Origin: Zygophlyctis sp. KS116
Taxonomy: Eukaryota > Fungi > Chytridiomycota
Length of the DNA: 32,000 nucleotides
Assembly (NCBI GenBank): GCA_054661495.1
Contig: BAAFSQ010000001.1
Location: 30,001-62,000, forward strand
Reading direction: 5' to 3'
A program made the translations under genes and the position numbers. The notes below the pieces were generated by a model that made no database searches, had not been told where the DNA came from, and saw only the letters and a program-made list of their open reading frames with translations. Shown piece by piece: positions 21,849 through 31,725 of the stretch (the first letter of the stretch is position 1; every line of letters starts with the position of its first letter).

Positions 21849-24343
21849 ATGTCAAGATTCTTCAAGGCAGATACTGGCTTCAGCAGTGATTCTTCATCTA
21901 CATCATCAGACGAAGAGGATTACATTGATTCATCAGACTCGGGTGATCACTTGTCGGAAGATGAGGAAAGTGAAGATCAAGTAGTTAAAGTTGCATCGGG
22001 TGCTGCAAGATTTATGAAAGGAGCTGCATCATCCGATGATGAATCTTCTGATGAAGATGTCAAGAGAATGGTCAAATCTACTCGGGATAAGAGATTTGAA
22101 GATATGAGATTAATTGCCAAGGGAATTAATAATGGTAAAAAGAATGGAGATTGGGTCATGATTCAAAATGAATTTGATAAACTTGTAAAGGCTCTAAATA
22201 AAGCAGCGGCTATTATCGCTAGAGAAAAGGTTCCGCGCTTTGTAATTAGATGTTTGGTTCTCTTGGATGATCATATAAAGAATTTTATGAGTAATAAGGA
22301 TCAAATTAAGAAGCTGAATCCCTCTTCTGCAAAGGCTTTTAATGCAATGAAACAAAAGATTCGTAAAATAGAAAAAACGTATGAAAAAGAGATGATGGCT
22401 TTTAGAGCTGTAAGAAAAGTCAAGTTTTTAATAAATTAGGCTCCTGTGAATGAAGAAGAATCTGCCTCAGAAGCTGAAAGGGAGGCTGAAGGGATGTCTG
22501 ATGAATCGGATATGGAAGATTCAGAAGTGGAACAAGTTAATCAAAAAAAGGTTCAGTTTACAAAACAAGCCCCACAGCCCACACAAGAAGATGAATCAGG
22601 CTTTACAATTGTAGGAAAAGGAGGGAAAATAATTGATGTTTCTAAATATAATCTTTTGGATAGATTAGCTGAACTTTTGGAAGAAAGAGGGAAAAAAAGT
22701 ACTGATAAAATGCTTTTAATTCAAAATATTGGAAGTTTATTGAAGATATCTGCTTCTCCTTATCAATCTTTAAAGGTTTTATTGGCTTTGATTCCTTCTA
22801 GATTTGACTATACATCTACTTCTGGTGGTTACACTCCTATTGATATCTGGAAATGTGCTCTTGATGAACTGAATAATCTATTTGATATTTTAGAAAAATT
22901 TCCAAATGCATCAGTTGGATATTTAGAGGAAGATTTGGATCAAAATGAAACAGTCTTGGAAAAGGTAATAAGATTTAATTCTGAGAATTATAGAAGTTTT
23001 TAAACAATGAGCCAATCAGAATTCAAGGTCACCTAGGATCTTTTATTGATAGGTTAGACGACGAATTCATTAAATCATTGCAAAATATCGATCCTCATAC
23101 ATCTGAATATGTTGACAGACTTTCTGATGAAACATCACTTTATTCAATCATTTTAAGAGCTCAAAAATATTTTGAGAAAAAGGGAGATACTCAAGATCTT
23201 GTGGATATGACAATTATGCGTCGTGTTGAACATATTTACTTCAAGTCTGACGAACTAGTCAAAATCATTGAAGAGACAGTAGGATCAAAGGAAGATTCCT
23301 CTAAACTTGTTTCCAATTTATGCACTGTTCTCTACAAAACTGGTATAGATAGAATTAGAACTAGAGCTCTTTTATGTCATGTTTACCATTTAGCACTTCA
23401 TGATCAATTTTACGAAGCTCGAGATATGCTCTTAATGTCTCATTTACAGGAAAATATATCAATGACAGATATTCAGACTCAAATCATGTATAATCGAGCT
23501 ATGGTGCAACTGGGTTTATCTGCGTTTAGATGCGGGCTAATTCTGGACGCCTGCAACGCACTTCAGGATATATTTTCTTCTGGAAGAATTCGCGAGCTAT
23601 TAGCTCAGGGAATTCAGACTGGTAGAGAAAAATCAGTAGAGCAAGAAAAACAGGAAAAATTGCGTCAAATGCCATTCCATATGCATATTAATCTGGAACT
23701 AATTGAATGTGTTTATTTAGTAAGTGCTATGCTGTTGGAGGTTTATAATATGGCTTTATCAAACGCCGATGGTAAAAGAAAAGTCATTTCAAAAACTTTC
23801 AGAAAGTTGTATGATTACAGTGAACGACAGAGTTTTTGTGGACCTCCTGAGAATATCAAGGATCACATAATGGCTGCTTCAAGAGCTATTGCTCATGGTG
23901 AATGGGAACAGGCTCGAGATCTCATTCTATCTATCAAGATCTGGAATGTGATGCCCCAATTTGAATCTATTAAGAATGTCCTGACTCATAAAATCCAAGA
24001 AGAATCTCTTAGCACTTTTGTTGTCAATTGCTCTCAGTACTGTGATTCCCTTTCTGTTGCTGATTTGTCTAGTATGTTTTCACTTGACTCAAAATCTGTA
24101 TCTCAAATTTTAAGCCGCATGATTCTTAATGAACAATTATTTGGATATTTGGATGAAGCAGACGAGTTTGTAATAATGGATACAAGGTTAAGTCAATCTA
24201 CTAATGGCTTGGAAGCCGCTTCAATCTCTATGATTGACAAAATAATAAGTTTCTCAGATATAAATCAAAAATTGGCAGAATCTAGATCAAATATGGATAC
24301 TAATAATGGAAATAATTCTATTAGACCTCAAGTTTTGCGTTAA
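21849..24343 (+). CDS. NIP1: Translation initiation factor eIF3 subunit c; introns 22410-22439, 22965-22993
   Basis: MSRFF start, acidic N-terminus, KRMVKSTRDKRFE, IDRLDDEFIKSLQNIDPHTSEYVDRL, RQMPFHMHINLELIE, GPPEN, PCI domain. Confidence 0.97.
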
Positions 24344-24552
24344 AAATCTTTTGGGCGTTTATCAATCATGGGCGTTTATTATCATTAAAAGTTTTTAATA
24401 GAATTAATGGCAATTAAAAAAGCGTTTGTGCTGAAAATCGAACAGTTCTTCACCTTGAGATAGATAGAAAGAGGTTGTAAAACATTTTAGCGCGACTTTT
24501 TTCAACGGCCGATCAAAAGAGATCTGGCTAATAGAAGTAAAAACTTGTCTAC

Positions 24553-24625
24553 CGAGCTAGGCAGGGATCGAACCTGCAGCCTCAAGATTCGTAGTCTTAC
24601 GCGCTACCAATTACGCCACTAGCCC
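24553..24625 (-). tRNA. tRNA-Arg(ACG), intronless
   Basis: 73-nt cloverleaf: acceptor GGGCTAG/CTAGCTC+G, anticodon arm TAAGA-CT ACG AA-TCTTG, T arm GCAGG-TTCGATC-CCTGC. T5 Pol III terminator-like run at 24539-24543. Confidence 0.97.
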
Positions 24626-25271
24626 TTAACACATGAAAATTGCAGTTGGTTATAAGCGCTATATATTTCAAAAAAGAACTCAATTACCAAAGTAGATTTA
24701 TTCAATCAGAGTTGCTAGATTTATTATCGAATTATAAGATACACCTCTAAAAAGAACCACTTGGATGTTCCACCCATAAAACCCTGATTGCATCGAGTCC
24801 TAGGTCTAGCATGTGCGTGTCACAGAAAGAGTTTTTCTTTCAGATTTATCCTTATTCACAATTATCGACAACAGCCGTAAATCTTTCTCTGATTGTTTCC
24901 GAAACTTTCCATACTTGCACTTGCGTCGAATGATCATGCTGGTCAAAGAAAACGTGTAAAGAATTCATCTTGACATTAAAAAGATTTTATTTAACTTGAA
25001 ATATATCGGCTATATTTCCAGAGATTGGCAAACTGGAAGAATTTCACTCAGCCAGGAAATGATAATACACTATTCTCAATATTTCATGTATAATTGATTA
25101 TATCAATCTTGGATATTCTTTATCAAGATAATAAAAATCTATTAATATATTCTGTTAGTGACATTATTTATGGTGCATGTTTTAATTATGTTGTAATTTC
25201 GAAAGAAGATGATCTCCTTTGTATTTCCAGTAATTTAGGTAGTTATACGATTGCACAATTCCCCAAAACAT

Positions 25272-25344
25272 GGGCTAGTGGCGTAATTGGTAGCGCGTAA
25301 GACTACGAATCTTGAGGCTGCAGGTTCGATCCCTGCCTAGCTCG
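25272..25344 (+). tRNA. tRNA-Arg(ACG), identical second copy
   Basis: Same 73-nt sequence as the minus-strand copy, followed by ATATTTTTGTTTTTT (Pol III terminator-like). Confidence 0.97.
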
Positions 25345-25562
25345 ATATTTTTGTTTTTTCAGTATTAAAGGAAAAGGGAACTGTTATCGCATTATTTTGT
25401 TACTAAAGAAAAAATCGCGATGAATTTTTTACAATCTTTTGATCGTTGGCTGATACAAAATTAGAATAATTGATAGACTCATGATTTGTATTAAACTTTA
25501 GAGATTTATAAAATAAAATTTGAGAATTGAAATCTTGCAACACAAATTTTAAAAAAAAATTG

Positions 25563-26760
25563 ATGGATTTGATCACTGGAGATGAAGTTGGATTGATCAA
25601 GCGTAAGTTGCATTATACATTTGATCATTCATAGACTCTGAGATCATTCTTGATAATGGAGATGATGATGAGAAAGTAGGACCATCAACAGCCCCTCCAT
25701 GGACAAGTATGAATAAGGATGAAGCAATTGAATGCATGGCTCTAGATCAAAAAAATTCAAGGGTAAATCTAAAAGACTGATTCCTAGGTATGGATTGCTA
25801 AGAAATCTGGATGCATTAATGCACTGAGCATACAAGATGGAACTCTGCTGTTTAATAAGTCAATATTTGTTCCACAAAAGAATACTAATGGAGAGCTAAT
25901 TTTAAACAAGCATAAAAAATCAGAGCATTTTATAGGCATTTTCTATGATGATAAGAAATCAAGGTATTATTAATATTTGACATTATTAGACTTATTTGTG
26001 GAACAGATACAGGAAATCTGTATATTTTTACAGATCAAGACCAAAAAGTTGAAAAAATTGAATTAAATCAAGACCTTCTATGTGCTTTTAGAGTCCATCC
26101 TATTCATTCACATTTACTTGCAACTGGAGGGGATGAGCGAGAGCTCTGTGTGTGGGATTTGTCAAAAGATTATAACGATTTTAAGCCAATTTGGACCTCT
26201 AAAAATGTAAAATATTGTTAATTTAATTCTAGGTTAAACATGATTTTCTTGATCTTAGAGTTCCTGTTTGGATAACTGCAATTGATTGGCTTCCATCAAG
26301 TCCTTCTACACTTTTAGTAGGAACCGCATATAATCAAGTTCGTATTTATGATACTACCAAAGCTAGAAGACCTCAAAGTTCAGTAGAATTGGGTAAATAC
26401 CCTATAAAATGCCTAGAATTTATGCCATTTTCTAATGATTTAATCGCAATAGCAGATAATCGTGGTCAGTTAACACTTTGGAACACATCAACTCAAAAGA
26501 TTTCTAGAAGTTTCAAGGGAATCCCAGGAACAATAACTAGCATCTCAGGAGCAACCAATCATAATTGGATTGCTGTAGTTGGAGTAGATAGATACCTAAG
26601 AGTATTTGATTCAAATACTGGAGTCTGTCTATGGAAATTATTTTTAAAACAGCGATTAACAACCCTAAAGCTATTAGAAAAGGGTGAAAGAGATCAGCTA
26701 TGGGATTCTATACCAGAAATAAAGGAGACAGTTTCAAGAAAGAAGAGAAAACAGCAATAA
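25563..26760 (+). CDS. NSA1: Ribosome biogenesis WD40 protein NSA1/WDR74; introns 25603-25634, 25763-25787, 25964-25989, 26207-26232
   Basis: ITGDEVGLIK N-terminus, LATGGDER, WTSKN|VKHDFLDLRVPVW, VRIYDTTKARRP, VGVDRYLRVFD, FLKQRLT, DQLWDSI. Confidence 0.92.
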
Positions 26761-26838
26761 ACATCTTTCTTTTACCAGTGTTATCTAAAGAGACGCTCGA
26801 TCGGCGCAGTAAATTTTCGCGATTTTATCAACCGTGAA

Positions 26839-27362
26839 ATGTCTGAACCAAATCCAACCAAATCTCAACCTGTTGAAACTCCTCAGATGAATGCATTTGA
26901 TGATGTGACTGGAGCCTATGATGAATACTTGGCTGATGTTTTCTCAATCGGAAAGACTGCTTATGAAGCTAAAGGCAAAATTCCAAAGAAAACTGGAACA
27001 TGGACAAACAGTTACTATGGAATCGATAATCCTGGAATCTGTTGTCTTTCTAGTACATTTTTTCTTTAATCTCTAGTTTGCTGTCGACCATGTAGTTATG
27101 GAATGGTTCGTTCCAGCTTTCGTCAAAAGAAGGATTGGATTGCTGTAAATATATTTTATTAATTACAAAGGACTGTATTTTAGGATGTCTTATCGGATGC
27201 CCAGCGCAATGGATTAATCGTATAGCTATTCGTCAAAAATACGAAATTGATGGATCTATTCTGGGAGATGGTTTGTATTCTCTGTGTTGTGGACCTTGTG
27301 CTCTGGCTCAAGAAAGTGCTGAAATTGAAGCTAGAAATTCAAAGATTAATTCTGCTTACTAA
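26839..27362 (+). CDS. PLAC8-family Cys-rich protein; introns 27053-27076, 27145-27170
   Basis: ICCLSICCRPCSYG and RIAIRQKYEIDGS..CCGPCALAQESAE signature. Confidence 0.88.
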
Positions 27363-27410
27363 AGGTTTAAAAGTGTCTTGGGGCTCTTTTAGGGTAAAAA
27401 GTTTTTTTTG

Positions 27411-28549
27411 ATGAGTTCTCAAGAGTCCAATGGAATCTATGCCATGTTTAGCAATTTCAAGGCTAAATACAATCTGAAATCTCCGGGATCATTTGAGAAT
27501 CTGCATCGAGAGTCCAAAGGTATGCATTAAGGGAAATAATTATAGTGACATTTCCAGGAATGTTTCATACCGATGGTGTAAAGGTTGATATTGCATCGAT
27601 CTTGTCTGAAAATTTCAATGTTGTTCATTCCTTTAGTTGGGCTAATCCAACTCATCAAGGAGTTTATCAATTTGGCGCGACTTATACTCAACCTAAATTT
27701 GTAATTGGAGGTCAAGTGGATCATGCAGGAACTTTACAGGGGAAAATCTGTTATAATTGGATTCCAATTCCTGTTCCATCGCATAATCCAGAAGCACCAA
27801 AAGTAGCATCACCAGAAGTGACTTCTACAACAAAATTCCAAGGACAAACTCAATTAGGATCAAGTCAAAAAATACTAATCTTTGAACATGAGCACCTTGA
27901 TAGAGACTTTTCTATTTCTTTAAGAGCTACAAATCCTGATTTATTCTCTAAAGGATCAAAACAAGTACTATCAATGATTCCAGAAACTTATTCTATTGGG
28001 TTTTTGCAATCTATATCTCCAAGTTTAATTGTTGGAGGTGAAATGTCTCTTCCAAATGGAGGTAATTTCTTTTAATTGATAAATATAGAATTTAAGAATA
28101 GATCAGTTACATATGCTCTTAAATATGCACCATCATCTTCTGAAATTCTACCACCACCAATTTTACCTGAAGGAATGCCATCTCCATATATGCCTGTTAA
28201 TCCTAAAGACCCTAGTGAAGCTCTTACAATTTCTCTCTCTCCTAGTACTGGATTATTGCACTCTTCTTACTGGAAAAAGATTAACCAAAGACTTGAAGTT
28301 GCAACTGAAGTTCAAATCCTGGCTGATGAAGCATCTGGTCGACGTGAAGGTATTGCTACGTTTGGTTGGAAATTGGATACTGTATTTGCTACTATCAGAT
28401 CTAGTATAGATACTCAAGGACGTATTGGAACAGTATTAGAAGAAAGAATAGCTCCTGGAATTGGGTTACAATTATCTGCAGAGATGAATTATGGTAAATC
28501 TATTGGCGGAGAAGCAAAGATTGGAATTGGTTTTACAATGGAACAATAA
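27411..28549 (+). CDS. TOM40: Mitochondrial import channel Tom40; introns 27520-27545, 28062-28088
   Basis: SPGSFENLHRESK, NFNVVHSF, YQFGATY, SYWKKINQRLEVATE, RSSIDTQGRIGTVLEERI, C-terminal AKIGIGFTMEQ. Confidence 0.88.
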
Positions 28550-28562
28550 AAATTTTATAAAA

Positions 28563-29782
28563 ATGAATTTAAATTGGAGAAATAGTACAAGTATGTATGC
28601 AAACAGAGACACTGTCCACAGTCATGTTGAGTCTGTTATTGTAGAATTTAAAGGATTGATTCCAACGCTGGATACTTTTAGTAATTTTGAATTTATAACC
28701 GCTAGCATTTGACAATGGAGTTTCTGCACAACTTTTGTCTCTTTTTGGGACTTTAGAAATCACATTTAAAAACCGAATGTATAATATTCCCATCTCTATC
28801 TGGCTTCAATTAAATTACCCTTTATCGGCACCAATCATGTTTGTAAAACCAACGCCGAATATGTTGATTCGAACTAGTAAATACGTTGATAGTCAAGGTA
28901 AAATCTATCATCCACAATTAGCATACTGGAAACCGGATAGTTCTCTTGTAAAATTTTTGAGAGTATTACAACAAGTATTCTCTCAGGAGCCACCAGTCTA
29001 TGCTAAGCCCGCGAATATGAGTCCTGCTGCTGTACATTCTACTAGTACACGATCAATGGTTGGGAATTCTTCTCATAATAATACTGTCACTGGGAATGCA
29101 TCACATACTACTGCGAATAGATCAAGTACTACGAGTTCTGGTAGTCCATCACAAGGTCATGGTGGTTGGAGGCCTAGACAAGTACAGAATTCAAAAGAAG
29201 ATGAAATTTCTAGATTGAGGATGAATCTAACAGCAAAAATAAACCACAAGTCTTTGGGATATTCTCAAATGATGGAGCATGCATCTCAGGAACAGATTTC
29301 TGTGAATAGAAAATTGATGGAAAGTCAAAAAGATGTAGATTCTTGTTTGAATCAATTGGATACATCTTGTGTAATTTTAATTTAGAGTAATAATTAGAAT
29401 AATTTAAAGCAAAATATTCAAGTTTTGGTAAATGTTAACAAGGAAATAGTTGAAGCTATAAAGGTCATTGAAAATACACCAGATCCTGATGTAAATGTTA
29501 TTGCAGAAAATCAGGCAGTATTATGCAAACAGTAATTTAACATATCATGATTTTAATAGGATTTTTGATGCTGCTGCTGAAGCTAGAGCCATTGATGATT
29601 GTATTTATCATTTGAAAAATTCATTTAATGCTGATAATTTGGATATTAATGTATTTATAAAGGTAAACTTGAACCTTTTAAAAGTAATCTAGACACTTAA
29701 ATCTTTGGCTCGCGAAGAGTTTTTCAAAAAGGCATTGATTTTGAAAATTAGAAGTCACTTGGGACTCAAGGAAGAATTATAG
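28563..29782 (+). CDS. VPS23: ESCRT-I subunit Vps23/TSG101; introns 28681-28705, 29371-29397, 29532-29559, 29663-29692
   Basis: UEV domain (FTFDNG..LFGTLEITFKNRMYNIPISIWL..YPLSAP..VKPT..VDSQGKIYHPQL), coiled coil, and steadiness box (AEARAIDDCIYHL..FIKTLKSLAREEFFKKALI). Confidence 0.93.
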
Positions 29783-29787
29783 ATTTT

Positions 29788-30952
29788 TTATATATAAGCA
29801 GCTTTAGCATACATTTGAGCTCCAATTATAGAGTCTTTTTCATGACTAGAATTTGAAAATGATTCCAATCGTTCAATTAACAATCCATCAACTGATAGAA
29901 TAAGATCATCATTTGTAAGAGAGTCAAACCTTTCTACTTGAACGTGTTTTCTAATTGAGCTGAAGAATGCAGCCATGATCTGACTCTGACTTTGATTCAT
30001 TTGTTTATTGTCATTAGACACTAGAAACATCCAGTGATTTGGTAGAATATCAATCAGTTGTGGATTTGTTTTGATAAGATTGAAAATTCCTCTTGGATGA
30101 AGCTTTGAAAATCGTTCATTTTCCATCAATAGATTCGGAATCACTGAAATATCTTCTATTCCATTCAAACATTCAAAAGAATAATGCATTATTAAATCAA
30201 AAATCCCATCAATTCTAATTTTTAAAAGTTTAAGAATCTTACAAAATCACTCCATAGATTGGCGGTAAAATTAGATTTTTAATGATCAATGAATGCATTG
30301 AATTGAAAATCGAGTCTAGAATTGAATGCATTGCTATATGCGCACCAGTCTCTACGCCCAATATGTAAATCCTAGAGACATCTCCACCAAATTGTCCGAC
30401 ATTTGCATTCACCCATTGTAAACATTTTAAAAAATCAGTGGCCATTTCAAATAATTTCCCATGAGAGACTGATGTAAAATCTGGAATTATGACAACATAA
30501 CCTCTAGACTCTATAATCTTTGCCCATTTTTCCCATTTCCTCTTATCCAATGTCGACCAATTTCGTGAATAAAATAGTATAATAATAGGTTTAAGCGATT
30601 GATAAGATTCTGTGTAATAAATATCAAGAGTTCTTTTATAATTATTTCTTCCATCGTAAAAGACATCATTCACAACGTTACAATTGGAATTTATATTAGA
30701 TTTTATGGATGATCGTGTAAAATATTTTAATTGACTTGCTGAATATTGCAGTATTTTTATATTCTTTACGGGAGACATGGAAAACCCCGGAAGAACCGAC
30801 GACCAAGGTGTCCAAAACATTATGCACATCCATCCCAACATTGTAATAAAAATAGATAGTGGGAATAGTAAATATTTCATTGGCCAAAACCCATAAACTC
30901 TTGCTAATGCATGCAGTATTTTATCAGTCATACATTGAAACATTGAAAGCAT
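29788..30952 (-). CDS. Isoprenylcysteine methylesterase-like alpha/beta hydrolase, catalytically degenerate; 28-nt intron 30215-30242; start uncertain
   Basis: LDIY, GYVVIIPDF, WVNANVGQFGGDVSRIYILGVETGAHIA, LIDGIFDLIMHYSFE; N-terminal hydrophobic segment. Confidence 0.78.
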
Positions 30953-31158
30953 AGCCAGTAATCTTTTGCTGCTTTGCTCTTGCTCGGAACAAAATTTCAC
31001 CGCGCAAAATGTAATCACTCATGATTAAAAGGTTAATAATTATAATGAATTTTTTGTAAATAATTCAACATAGAATCTAGTTTAGGATTGAAACATATCA
31101 GATTGAAATCAATAACACAAGATCAGATCAATTGCGCGTGTCGCGGTCAAGGTTTACA

Positions 31159-31725
31159 ATGGCGAAAATGCCACAATCAACTGCATTTAAGCAGGCAGAA
31201 TCATCAAAATGTCAAGATGATATATTAAGAAATCTACTGGATAGATTAAATTCAATCGTTGCTCAGAAAACTCCATTTAAAAAAGGTTCTTTACCATCAG
31301 GAATCGCTAATCAATTGTATAATATTCTCATAAAGGAAAATTCAGACAATTGGACTCTTGATAAGAAATCTACTAGGAAAAGACTGACTCAACTTTACAA
31401 GGAAAGAGTCATCACTCTAGAAAGAGATGCTCCAGTGTCTCCAACTTTAAGAATTTCTAAAAAGAATACAAGAGAGGAGCTCTTGACTCTTACTCCAAGA
31501 AGATTATTTCAAGATTTTGCTAGGGAAACTCACCATTCTGAAGAAGTTAGAGTTCCTTTAGGATCTCTTTTATCTCCAGAAATTAAATCAGACTCTGATG
31601 ATTTTCAAGTTTCAAATTCTCTAATGAAAACTTATACTAAAGTAATGAAGAAACTCTCTGACAAACCTGTATTAGATTTAAGGCCTACAACAACTAGAAA
31701 AACACGTTCTCAAACAAAACTATAA
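31159..31725 (+). CDS. Hypothetical basic protein (188 aa) with S/T-P sites
   Basis: Uninterrupted ORF in AT-rich DNA, occupying the gap between neighbouring genes. No family recognised. Confidence 0.65.
   Translation: MAKMPQSTAFKQAESSKCQDDILRNLLDRLNSIVAQKTPFKKGSLPSGIANQLYNILIKENSDNWTLDKKSTRKRLTQLYKERVITLERDAPVSPTLRISKKNTREELLTLTPRRLFQDFARETHHSEEVRVPLGSLLSPEIKSDSDDFQVSNSLMKTYTKVMKKLSDKPVLDLRPTTTRKTRSQTKL

Noticed and set aside
21577-21855. 92-aa minus-strand ORF with STHQP repeats
   Set aside because: The repeats are simply the translation of the tetranucleotide array; the ORF overlaps the eIF3c start and lacks an ATG start.
24352-24379. Short duplication tgggcgtttat x2 after the eIF3c stop
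   Set aside because: Only two 11-bp copies; not a CRISPR-like array, and no function can be supported.
24626-25300. Protein gene between the tRNAs (including ORF 25094-25300)
   Set aside because: Only short ORFs with no motifs; that ORF has a TTG start and runs into the tRNA.
793-28793. Short antisense or alternative-frame ORFs in the track (e.g. 793-999, 2528-2776, 4818-5063, 14637-14870, 18710-18964, 19925-20221, 21977-22159, 28569-28793)
   Set aside because: They are shadows of well-supported genes and carry no recognisable motifs.
597-30242. Widespread pseudogenisation, programmed frameshifting or sequencing errors
   Set aside because: Frame changes coincide exactly with 23-33 nt GT-AG segments, and removing them restores conserved motifs in essential genes.
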